Below, piece after piece: positions 13,450 through 24,942 of a stretch of 64,000 bases of DNA (position 1 is its first letter; each line of letters begins with the position of its first letter). The position numbers and the translations under genes were made by a program. Under the pieces are notes generated by a model. It saw nothing but the letters and a program-made list of their open reading frames with translations. It had not been told where the DNA came from and searched no databases. The stretch lies in NCBI RefSeq assembly GCF_009914755.1, contig NC_060936.1, one strand, 5' to 3'. Source of the stretch: the human T2T-CHM13v2.0 reference genome, Homo sapiens.

Positions 13450-15132
13450 AGACTCATCATTTTTACCCTACAGTTTATCCTGGTAAATGAAGTGCTCATG
13501 GGAACTATGATGATGTATTTTCTCAAATAATTTTTAGACTTGTTTTTGTTTAGTTTTGGAAATAAATGTAGATTTTATGAATACCAATGTTGTATAGCGT
13601 GAAGTTATGTGAATATATAGTTAAAAAAAAAGTTCTATGAGAGAGCATTTTGTCAAAAGCTTACTACTTTGAACCCCAGTCACTGTGGTCACTAGAGATG
13701 CTTGAAACATTAGAGAGGCAGGAAACAAAATATGGAAGAAAAAAACTTAACCCTAATGGGGTAAAACCTTCCCAAAAGTACTAATTCAATAAAACGTTTA
13801 TTTCACTTAAACCTTAGGAAAAATATAAAGTTCATCCTAGTATAAAATCTACCTGTATTTTGTAGAATACATTAATATATTTCATCAAGAGAACATGAAT
13901 TCTTGTGTCTTGTAAAACAAAGAGTAACATATACAGCTAGCATATTAGAAATATAGTTCATAAAATTTATATACTTGGGGCTATAAATATTAGTACTTTA
14001 CAGAGTGAGTTTTACATAATAATAAGACAAACAACTGATAATTTTCCGGTAATTAGTATTTTAGTTATAATAAAAGGAAATTAGTAGATTGAAATACATC
14101 AGAATTAAACAGAAAGTAATGGGAGTAAAAGCAATAATGTACAGCCATATTAGTACATACACAACCTGAGATATGCCAGACCAAACGTTTCAATAATATT
14201 ATAGTGAGGATGGATTTCATGTTCACAGAAAAATTAAAAATTTTAGTGACTTATTTTCCTTTTTTTTTTAATAAAAATTTATCTGTATTTTTTGTAAACA
14301 TTCGTTTCTTCTTCCAGGGACAGTATGTGCTTATTCCATGGTATACGCTATTTTCTTCCCAATTTATTTCTTTTGTTAAGTCCTGAGTGAAAACCTTTGC
14401 AGGGTCTGGTTAGAGAAAAGAACCTGATTGAGCAGTCTGACTAATATTTGTTATCCCCATTCTTTTATCCAGATTGTGAAGAGGGCTTAGGAACACCCCT
14501 TGGTGGGTGGCACTTGAATGGGTTCGATTCCCACCTAGGTGCTGCATGAAAAGCAAGTTGTTTGAGAGGAAATTTAATTCCAAGGAAAATCAATAGAAAT
14601 CATCAGAATAAGGTCAACCAGAAAATATTACCTAGGAGACCATGGAAATCATCATTCGGGAAAACCAAAGACAGACCAGAGAACATCTGAGTTCCTAATC
14701 AATAAGCCAAATGGGGGTGACTCAGCAGAGCCATGAAAGGAGCACAATTAAGGAGCGGCAATAAAAATGTATGACAAAGAAAAATGAGAAACCAGTTACT
14801 GTAGCTCAGGTCCACTTTACCATGAGCCAAAGTAAAATCTAAAAAGACTTTAACTAGGCAATACAGGCCTAACACTTGCGTTGAGGAGACAAGAAGAGAA
14901 GCATGAGCTCTGAAATTCTTCGAGGAAAGGGAGTGTAAAGATGAGCATTTCTGAGTTGTAAAGGGATAGAAAAGATGTATTCAGTAGTTTGCTACTAGGT
15001 CCTAATAATATTTAAAGATATGCATCCAAAATAAATGAGATAACTGGGGAAAAATGAGAATAGACTATTAAGAAAACTATATTTTTTGTTAGAGAAGATT
15101 TGGTTTTAAATTCCATTTATACAGCTAAGATT

Positions 15133-16062
15133 TCATATCACGCAGGCAATTTTTCTACATGTCAGCATTCTGACAAATGTCTGCCTCAGTTTATTATTTA
15201 AAACAATTAAAATAAGTGAGTGACCCAAGGGGTAGAGAATTGCTGCAATCTCTCCAAACTCCACAGCTAACTTGTATTTTGTCATAAGATAGCTAAAGGT
15301 CATCAAAATAGAAGAAATATAGTATAGGAAAAAAAAGAAGATAAATGAAGTCATAGTTTTAATGGCTCTCACATGAACTTCTGTGCTGGGGTCTCTACTG
15401 CCGGTAGCATAGAGTTTTATTTGCTTGGTATGTCTCCATAAAGATCTTACTAAAAGGAAAAATGATATCAGTGACACAATAAATGGGACAATTGCAAACA
15501 GGTTAAAGAGAGTCAAGGGTTCAAAGTATGGTATTTTACTCACATGGAACATTTCAGTAATGTTTCTTTTATGTTTGGCAATTGCATGAAACCTATAATC
15601 ACAACTCAGTACTATTGCTGCTATAAGGCTGACCAACAAGGAAATGGCAAAGCATCCCAGCAGGATCCAGTGCACCACCATATCAATTTTCCACTTCAGC
15701 CAGAGAAAAAGTGGATGAGAGGAACTGGCTATCTTCAGAAAATAGAAGACATTAAGGCAGGTGGTAATCCACATATTTAAGTAGTTGGCAAATGTCCAGA
15801 AGGTAAAAATGACTATCTGTTGTTTATTTTTTGTATAAACATCTGGGTTCAGTACTATTACAATGCCATTTACAACCATTACACTGATCAAACAAATTCT
15901 GGCGATAACTAAATTGGTAAGGATGTAGTCAACTGTGGAAATCTTTTTCTTCTTAATCCAGTCAATCCAGTTGACTAGTGCAATGTATCCATTCCCCAAT
16001 ATTCCTAGTATGAATTCTCCAGTTATTAGGATTATAAAGATGTTATCTGCAGGACTGAACAT
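15133..16062 (-). CDS. TAS2R8: Taste receptor type 2 member 8, 309 aa
   Basis: Intact ORF MFSPADNIFIILITGEF.. with all TAS2R motifs; ECL2 sequon NIT. Confidence 0.98.
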   Translation of the reverse strand: MFSPADNIFIILITGEFILGILGNGYIALVNWIDWIKKKKISTVDYILTNLVIARICLISVMVVNGIVIVLNPDVYTKNKQQIVIFTFWTFANYLNMWITTCLNVFYFLKIASSSHPLFLWLKWKIDMVVHWILLGCFAISLLVSLIAAIVLSCDYRFHAIAKHKRNITEMFHVSKIPYFEPLTLFNLFAIVPFIVSLISFFLLVRSLWRHTKQIKLYATGSRDPSTEVHVRAIKTMTSFIFFFFLYYISSILMTFSYLMTKYKLAVEFGEIAAILYPLGHSLILIVLNNKLRQTFVRMLTCRKIACVI

Positions 16063-16361
16063 GTTTGTAGAGAGAACAATCTGATTTCAAATATCACTGT
16101 AGATGAGCTAATTTACAGGTGACCTGTTAAAGCATGATAGATCAATTCTTCGAATCATGCAATAATGTTTTCATCTGCTGTTATTTCGACGTTGTTATTC
16201 TTCCGGAAGTGTTCAGCTCTCCTCTGAAATAGGATTGTCTCTACACTCCTGAAGATGAAACCAACTAATGAGCAGCTTGACTAGTTATTTATAGCCTGGA
16301 AAAATTATAATTATTATCCTTTAGTGAGTGATACCTGAAATGTTTGGCTGAAATTGCTCCC

Positions 16362-16369
16362 ATGCAAAT
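16362..16369 (+). promoter_or_regulatory. POU octamer ATGCAAAT, 300 bp upstream of TAS2R8 ATG
   Basis: Exact octamer at the conserved position. Confidence 0.6.
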
Positions 16370-17004
16370 TCAAAGAGATTTTATATCATGAATTTGCAAC
16401 AGGCTTCTTGCTGTAGCTCTATATTTGGATCTTCAAATTGAGTTTTGAATAGGGAGTCACAAAAAAAGAGATAAATGTTTAATAAAAACCCAACTGTGTA
16501 AATAAAACTTCATTTTCATCATGTAAGTTATAAATAAGCCACAAATCAGTTCTCCCAGATGCAAAGAAATTTTCACTTTGGAAGTAATTAGTACAATTAG
16601 ATTGTAGATATTTAACATTTAGTCAGAGGATAATAATTCTTGTCTTCATTTAAACGGCTAATTAGGGAAGGATATAATACAAATCTAATTAGAAATGACT
16701 TTTTTTTAGGCAGGCACATGATAATATTTACTAAGAATTTGCTTTCTTTTCAATTGTTCCTCAGAAGTGAAATATGCCAGGTGAAGATTTGTTATCTTTA
16801 GTTTTTTTTTAATGTGACAAATACCCTTGAAGACAATTCATTTCCTGAATCACTGTCTCTTGTATAATAAGCATTGTAATCTAAAATTAAGAAAATTTAA
16901 ATTTTACATTATTCTAGTTCCAATCAACTCCTTTTATAAGATTTGTAATCTCACAGTGCATATTATAGTCATATTTCTAGATAGGGCAAACACATAAAAA
17001 AGTA

Positions 17005-17135
17005 ACTACTTGGGAGACTGAGGCAGGGGGATCATTTGAACCGGGAGGCAGAGGTTGCAGTGAGCCAAGATCGTGCCACTGCACTCCAACCTGGGCGATA
17101 CAGTGAGACTCTGTCTCAAAATAATAATAATAATT
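17005..17135 (+). mobile_element. Alu right monomer
   Basis: tacttgggagactgaggcagg..gcactccaacctgggcgatacagtgagactctgtctc plus (AAT)n tail. Confidence 0.85.
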
Positions 17136-18218
17136 TTTTTTTTTTACATACCAGTATTTCCAAGGAATAGGACTAATTCTACTATTAAATTAGATTTATT
17201 TGTTTTGGGGTAAGGGAAAGTACAACTTAGCCCAAAATACATTTGAATGTAGGTAATACGAATCACAATACCCTAGGGCTTCTTGTATTTAAATAGTTCT
17301 ACAATGTATACAACACATGCAGGATTTTTTCTATTTCTTACATGTGTGTAATGTGTAACAGGAAAGCATAAACTTAATAACTTAAAGAAACCTAGTTATC
17401 TATAAACTACTGCTGGAAACAAAATAGAAAAGAAAATGATGCAGAGGGAAAAAAATATGTCAGAGATTTCTGAGTTAGAAGGCTAGAGAGAACATTCCAG
17501 GGAATCTTTGGGAAATGACTTCTAAAATTGCCATCACCAGCTAGAGTACTCATGAACACGCTGACTACTGGGACCCTCAACCTTCTTTCTCAAGGTGGTT
17601 CTGCTATACATAACTGTGCCTCCTCTCTCTGTCAAACTTTCATTCTTGAGATTATACTCCTTTTCCCACATCATATATCATCTTAGATAGAATCTCATTA
17701 AAGATTGTTTTTCTCCCTTCTTGATCAAGACAAACCCTTCCAGAAATGGAGAGGAAAGGGCGGTGAAGATAAGGACCGGCCTTCATTTCAAAGTAGAGAG
17801 TTGTTTTGCATGATTGATTTTATAGCAAGGGTTGATGAGTTCTAAAATCTTTTCCCCAAAGCCTGTTTGCCTGACATTCTTCTACTCATTGAGTTCAAGG
17901 CCTTTGCCAGTATTTGTCAGAAAAGAAGTAGAACCTCTTTGTATTTAGTCAATGACATAAAATGATGAAATGTTAGTGTGGGATTTAGATGCATTTTTTT
18001 TTTCTGCAACGACAAAGAATATACGGTGCAATGATAACATTAGATTATCCATTAAACAAGACAAAAGTGTGAAGGAACACAAAACAAATCTTCAGAATCA
18101 TGACAGATATTAATGACTTCCAATAGCATATAAGAGAAAATGAATGCAAACAAGAGAAGGGAGAATGCCTTTTGTTGATTTCTTTCATCCTTGTAGTCAG
18201 GATACTCTTTAGGGGTCT

Positions 18219-19157
18219 CTATGGAACAAAAGGCTTTCTTCTTCTAAGGAAACACTTCACAAATCTTAACATCTTCAGAAAAGCTTCCCTCAACTTGCTA
18301 TTTCCCATAATTAGAATGAATGAATGGCTTGATGGGAAAATGACAGTTACTATGTCACCAATCATCAACACTAATTTTCCCTGAGGAATCAGAGCGCTAG
18401 AGGTCATAACAAGAAAGACTGGGTAGTACACGATGAGGAGGAGCAGAAAGATGATCACTGCCTTTATGGCCCTCATGTGGGCCTCTGTACTGGGGTCTCT
18501 GAACCCTGTAGCATGCAGTCGAATCTGCTTGGTGTGTCTAACTAGGGAGAAAAGTAACAAGAAAAATGAGATCAGGCAAAGGATAAAGGGAACCATCACC
18601 CCCAGGTTCAGGGTTAACTGTTTGAAAGTACCTGGAATTTTACTCACTTTGAATTTCCAAGTAATGTTTTCTTCATGACTGACTTTGAAAAGGTGATACC
18701 ACATATCATCATTCTTTGGAACACTAATAATTAAAGAGATAAGAAAGGACCCCAGAAGAATCGCAAGCATGACCTTGTTGATCTTTAGCTTCAGCCAGAA
18801 GAAAAATGGGTGCGATATATTGGCTATCTTGAGTAAATAGAAGATACTGAGGCAAGAAGTAAACCAGAGACTTGAATTATTGGCAAATGTCCAGACAACA
18901 TTCACAATGCTTACTAGCACGCTATTGCCATATGTACCTGGAAAGAGCAGCATAAAGAAGCCATCTAATGATATTACACACAGCAGACAGATTCTGGAGA
19001 TGGCCAAGCTGATCAGGATGATGTCAATCAAGGAAATATCTCTTCTTTTGAGCCAGTCAATGCAGTTAACTAGTACAATGAATCCATTTCCCCAAATCCC
19101 TATGGTCAATTCACCAGCAATTAAAATAATATATATTGCCTCTATTGCACTTGGCAT
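18219..19157 (-). CDS. TAS2R9: Taste receptor type 2 member 9, 312 aa
   Basis: Intact ORF MPSAIEAIYIILIAGEL.. with all TAS2R motifs; codon 187 is GTG (Val). Confidence 0.98.
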   Translation of the reverse strand: MPSAIEAIYIILIAGELTIGIWGNGFIVLVNCIDWLKRRDISLIDIILISLAISRICLLCVISLDGFFMLLFPGTYGNSVLVSIVNVVWTFANNSSLWFTSCLSIFYLLKIANISHPFFFWLKLKINKVMLAILLGSFLISLIISVPKNDDMWYHLFKVSHEENITWKFKVSKIPGTFKQLTLNLGVMVPFILCLISFFLLLFSLVRHTKQIRLHATGFRDPSTEAHMRAIKAVIIFLLLLIVYYPVFLVMTSSALIPQGKLVLMIGDIVTVIFPSSHSFILIMGNSKLREAFLKMLRFVKCFLRRRKPFVP

Positions 19158-19401
19158 GCCAGCAAAGACTTGTGATTTTTGAATATCACTGATGATGAAT
19201 TGACTTTCAGCTGACCAGTGAAGAACAATGTATCTGTCTGCCTCTTAGACCATGATATAGTTGTCTTTATCTCTCCTTTTTGTTAGCTGTGATGCAGATG
19301 AAGAAGATAGCCAGTCCTGCTCTGGGCTAGAGCTGCCTAAAGACTTCAATGATTGGGGCCAGTAATTTCCTTTGGTGCAGTGATGACTGAAAGCCTCTAG
19401 G

Positions 19402-19409
19402 ATGCAAAT
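19402..19409 (+). promoter_or_regulatory. POU octamer ATGCAAAT, 245 bp upstream of TAS2R9 ATG
   Basis: Exact octamer at the conserved position. Confidence 0.6.
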
Positions 19410-19574
19410 GGGAATGGATCTGATTTCTTAAATTTGCACACTCTTTCTTATTTTAAGCTCTGTATATTTTGGATTTATCAATCTGAGCTGTTGACCAGGA
19501 ACTTCAAGAAGGTATCAATTACTTGGAAAATATGGCTAGAATTTAATTTGCTGGATGACTATCCATCCTTGTTA

Positions 19575-19930
19575 GTATATTGACATAGTTATTGCTATTA
19601 CAGATTCTAGGTTTACTGTGTTAGCTTGTGTGGCCAGTTTGCTTGCTTGGTTGACTAAAGCTTTAAACAAATTATTATTAACATTAAATGAGGCTTAAAT
19701 GGCATAACTGGTGGAATGTAGAGGAAAGAATCTAAAGGTGTAGGAAGATAGGAGTATTAAGGTGAATTTATCATATGCGAACTTCACCTTCTCCCCATTA
19801 TATGACTTAAGAGGGCCAAAAGGACACTCCATTCACTAGGGCATTGAGAAATACATTAATTAGGTAATTCCCAATATCCTCAAAAAGCTCTGCAGTGTTT
19901 GTCTTCTCAACTGAAGATACAATGAGGGAA
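19575..19930 (+). mobile_element. ERV-L internal (gag) fragment
   Basis: Conceptual translation WNVEERI*RCRKIGVLR*IYH and EGQKDTPFTRALRNTLIR resembles ERV-L Gag (W.NVEEGIQRLREIGMLEWI..PEDTPFT.ALRN). Confidence 0.75.
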
Positions 19931-22400
19931 ATAAACATGACATTGTAGTGTTGTCAGCAAATGAGACACGGAAAATTCTGGTTTAGATGTTAGGGTTTCT
20001 TAGAGTGTTCTTGCTTTGTACCTGAATGTAGCTTCCATACATAGAAAAAATAGTCAAAATACTGGTCACTTATCTTTAGAATGGAAACAGATCAGCCTGA
20101 ACAGTGAGGAGGACAAAGAGCAAGAAAGTGATATTTTTGGAACTAAAAAGCGTGATAGATATACAAGACTCTTCAGTCTGAACTGAGTGATAAGAATACA
20201 TGCTCTGAATTTTCTTAGCTCTATTTTTTGGCAGCAGGTGTATTATAAATATTAGTATGCTAATTATACACACATTGGAAACACACTGTTTCATTGGGAC
20301 ATATTGAAACATGTCATTGGGCATAGTAGAACATATTTGAAATAATAGAAAAAGGCACACAGCAATACACAGTTCCCAGAAATATTATTTTGAAACTAAT
20401 ATTAAATTTTAAGGCAATATTAAATATTGCTTATCAAACAAACACAACAATACAAAGTATTTAATGAGATAATGTGTCATATGTTCAGGGTTTTAGACAA
20501 AATAAAGAGATAAAAATTAATCTTGCAGATTTTTATGAGAAAGTAAATAGCTATTGTTATTCTATTCAGTGAAATTTGGGGTTTCTTTCATGCTTCTCTG
20601 TGAATTTTGTTTCTGAAGAAATATCAGATTATACAACTCAAAAATACACACTGTGCTTGTCATGACCAAAGCCATAAAACAGGTAATATTCTGAGAAGGA
20701 CTTCACTAGAGTAAAGAAATTGATTTGCATGCAACTGACAGACAAGGTCGCACCATGTTCACATCTCAGGGAATGCAATATTTCATTATTTTAATTAAAC
20801 TTTTTGAATGATAAAATTTTGTGGAGGGGAATAAAGTAGGTTCAAGGTTATTATTTGGAAATGGAACTACTCTGGGATCAATTTGTAATGTCCAGAAAAG
20901 ATGAAGATGAAAATATATCATGTAGGAGGGTGATTAATAACTGACATATTAAAAATTCCTGGTAAATCCAGATATAGAATCCAAGCTTGCCTTCTGAATC
21001 ATGGTCTTTCCCACTACCTCACTTCTTTTCCTTAGCCGTGTGGAATACTGATCAATTTAAGAAAGTTATGCCTATATTCAAATGTAAACGAAAATATGCT
21101 ATAGGATATGACCAGAGTTACCTAAGGGCCTATACTTACTAAAATGCCACCCTCTTTTATCTTTCCTTGCTATAAATAAAACCCAAATGATCTCAATTTA
21201 TTTGACACCGTTGAATATGTTTTTTTTGTGTGTATTGTGTGTGTGTGTGAGTTTATGTGTTATTTGCCCTTTGGATTTTATCTTAGCATTGAGAAGTTAA
21301 AGAGGGATCCTAGCTGACAGACTTTAACATCTATTTTCATTGCAGAAACACTTTAATCTAGAATGTTAGTTTATTGATTATTTCTGTCTCTACTAGAAAA
21401 CAGATGAAATACTGGGAAACTTATGACATCATTTCCTGTATGTCTTTCTATGAGAAGTGAGCAAACACAAACCTACTTAGGCAGATATTTCTTAAATTTC
21501 ATTTTCTTTCCTTTGTTTAAATACTTTTTACCATTCTTTAGAACCTTACATCTTTTACAGGCATTTGTCCTTGAGTTATGCCACTGATTATTACTGATCA
21601 AGAGAAATGACTATACTCTTCAGATTTATAAATCAAGAACAGGATACTGCGATACTGTCCTATTTTCTGACAACTTATATTTTGAATAGTTGCTGACTTT
21701 ATCTCCTACCCCATTCTAAACTCTTCACTATATCCATTGGGATCCCTAGTAAACCATTAGCAGAAGCCATATATTCTCATTTGTTTCTCTAACAGTTCAC
21801 TTTATTTTCTTCATTTGAACTCGAGGTTCTGGAACTTTTTTGTTCAATGGACTACTTTGCCAGTCTGGTGCATGCTATAATTTCAGAATAATGTTTTTAA
21901 GTGCATGAAATAAAAATATTTGAAATGTATAAGGAATCCATATATATATGCCTTTTTCTTGCAGTATGAAATATATTGTTAATATAATATAGGAATTTAT
22001 TTGCTTTTTAATTGACATAACAAAAATATCTGGCAGATAAAGACTAGTGGTGAAAGTAAATGACAATAGGAGGTACCTGTAACGACAAAAATTTTTGGCT
22101 TCCTGAAGTGAAAAAATTACAGATACTGCTGGTATGGTATGTGCTTGTTACTTACATTCAAGACAGAAGAAATACTAGACTTAAGCTAAGGATTAATAAA
22201 AATAAGTATATAATTTGGTGCCCCTCCCAGTTCATTCATCACTCATGTCCATGAATCTTTTCATTTTAATACTCTACAATTAAATCCTGTGGCAGCTGTT
22301 TTCTCTCTCACACCCTCATAGAAGTGGGTCTAAAGCTGGGATGGGTGTTTTTCTTTCCCTCTCGTAACTTTCAGATTACTCTACTCTCTTTCCTTTTTCC

Positions 22401-22537
22401 TTTTTTTTTTTTTTTTTTTTGAGACAAAGTTTCACTGTGTTGCTTAGGCTGTTCTTGAACTCCTGGCCTCTAGTGATCCTCCTGCCTTGGCCTCCCAAAA
22501 TGTTAAGATTACAAGTGTGAGTCACTGTGCCTGGCCA
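22401..22537 (-). mobile_element. FLAM / Alu left monomer
   Basis: Poly(T) followed by a single reverse Alu monomer. Confidence 0.85.
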
Positions 22538-23139
22538 GATTATTCTCCGTCTAATTCCTCACAAGACATACAGCAGTTCATTATCTCCTGTCATCACTCT
22601 ATACAAAATATTACCTTTCCTTGTCACAATCATAAGCCAGTCTTCCTTCCTTGATTTTTGCTTTCTACCTGAAATTAAGTAGTTAAATATACTAAATTTC
22701 ACCACCATTCTTTTTGCTAAAGTTCCCCTATCTTTTTGTTGGATGAAATAATCTTCTATTTTTTAAAAAAATTCATTCAGTAATCTTGTTTGTTGTATTT
22801 TTCTTTTTTTAAAATTTAATTATGGACATATAATAGTTGTACAGATGTATGGGGGTACATGTGAACCTCATGAAAACAGAGCAATATAAAGACCCCTGTT
22901 GAGAAGGGATAACATGAATGAGAAATATGCATGTCTCTTTAAGAAGAGGAACAGTCTTAATTAATGGATAACTATATAGAGGCAATAATTCAAGCATAAA
23001 ACACTTTATTATAATAGCATATTGGGAATAGTCTTGTCTATTTGTATAAAAATGGTGAAGAAATAGAATATTTGGGATCCATGGAGACAAATAATTTATT
23101 TGCTAAATAACAAAATTTGGACAAGGCTTGAAATATATA

Positions 23140-23370
23140 TAACAGTTAAGAGCTTCAGCTCTGGTGCCAGACAGCTGGAGTTGAAGCTTATTCTCAGTTT
23201 TAATGATTGTGTGATTTAAATTGTGCTGAATCTTTTCTTTCTCCAATGTGTAAAACATTGATCATAGTGCTATCTATCTCATAGAAATATTATACTTAAA
23301 TAAAGTCTTGCATTTAAAATACTTAGAATAGTTCTTACCATATATACTCAAAAAATTTTAGGTACTATTA
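23140..23370 (+). mobile_element. MIR SINE
   Basis: gttaagagcttcagctctggtgccagacagctgg.. and aaaatacttagaatagttc motifs. Confidence 0.6.
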
Positions 23371-23505
23371 TTATTGAATTTTTTGGCATTCCATTCAATA
23401 AATCACGATTCTCTTATCTAGTTGTTTTGCTATAGAGCCTTTATTAATGTGTCTTAATTACAATTTCCTATCCATAATATTTGGCCAAATTTCACATTTT
23501 ATGAT

Positions 23506-23868
23506 TGCCATAGTTTGAATGTTTGTATTTTCTTCAAAATTCATGTGGAAATGTAATCCCTAATGCAACAATATTAAGAGGTGGGGCCTTTTAGGAGATG
23601 ATTATGATGGGTTTGCCATTATGATGGGATTAAAAGGCCTGAAGGGAACTAAATAGGTCTTTTAACCTTTCCCCTCTTCTGCCATGAAAAGATACAGCAT
23701 TCAAGGTTCCATGTTGGAAGCAGTGACGAAGCCCTCACCAGACACCAAACCTGCCACTGCCTTAGTCTTGGACTTTCTAGCCTTCAGCACTATGAAAAAA
23801 TAAATTTCTGTTATTTATAAACTACCTCATCTCAGATACTTTTTATAGCAGCAAAATGGACTAAGACA
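23506..23868 (+). mobile_element. MST-type MaLR solo LTR
   Basis: Starts tgccatagtttgaatg, ends gcagcaaaatggactaagaca; internal gccctcaccagacacc..ttggacttt. Confidence 0.8.
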
Positions 23869-24834
23869 ATGCCAGTCACATGAAATCATAAAATATGGCA
23901 ACATAATAGTTATGGTTTAACAATTTGTTTTGTTTTCCATTACTCACTGAAAATGTAAACAAACTTAAATGGACTTAGTTGTTTTTTTCCTTCATATGTA
24001 GTTCTTTTCTTTATTCAATATTAATGCCCAGTGCATCTCATAATATTAATGGACAGGTGACTATTTTGTTTCTCTCTGCAATGGCATAAATAAAATGATT
24101 TTAACAGCATTTCAACTTAAACACAATAAATTATTTATTTATATTTGACAACACATCTAAATGTTCAGGTTAAGTAAAAATATTCTCAGATATATAGGTT
24201 TCAGACGTTTACTAAACATAGAACTTTTTTCAACATTTTGGAGGCTACATTAACAAAAACTATAATGGGGTGAGGAGATACCTATATGAATATGTGGAGT
24301 AAAGTTTATAAGAAATTTTGTAAGGCTTAGGATGTCAAAAAATTTTTTAAAAATAAGAAAAGAACATTTGTATACTATAAAAATCTTAAAACTCCAGTTG
24401 TAGGTAGAAGATCAACACATAAAACTCTGTTGTGTTTCTACACACCAGCAATCTGAACAGTGAATATAAAAGGTAAATTAAGAAAACAATTCCAAAATAA
24501 TGAAATAACTAGGAATAAATTTCACCAAAGAAGCAAAATACTTATATACAAAAATTGATGAAACATTGCTGAAAGACATTAAGGAAGACACAAGTAAGTA
24601 GAAAGACATCCCATGTTCATGGATAAGATGACTTGATACTGTTAAGATATCAATACTACCCAAAGCAATCTAAAGATTCATTAAAATTCCTATCAAAAAT
24701 TTCTACAGACTTCGTTTCAGAAAGAGGAAAACTAATGCTCAAATTCAGGTGAAATTACAAGGGAATCCGAATACCCAAAACAATCTTTAAAAAGGAGAAC
24801 AAAGTTGGAAAACTCACATTTAATATTTTTATTT

Positions 24835-24896
24835 TATATATATATATATACATATATATATACATATATATATACATATATATATATATACACATA

Positions 24897-24936
<40 letters not shown>

Positions 24937-24942
24937 TTTTTT
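24835..24942. repeat. (TA)n/(TATACA) microsatellite followed by T24
   Basis: Read directly. Confidence 0.95.

Noticed and set aside
10840-19182. Antisense and alternative-frame ORFs overlapping TAS2R7/8/9
   Set aside because: Shadow ORFs of hydrophobic coding sequence.
20880-20910. aatgtccagaaaag resembling the TAS2R TM3 FWT motif
   Set aside because: The flanking translation shows no further TAS2R motifs; chance match.
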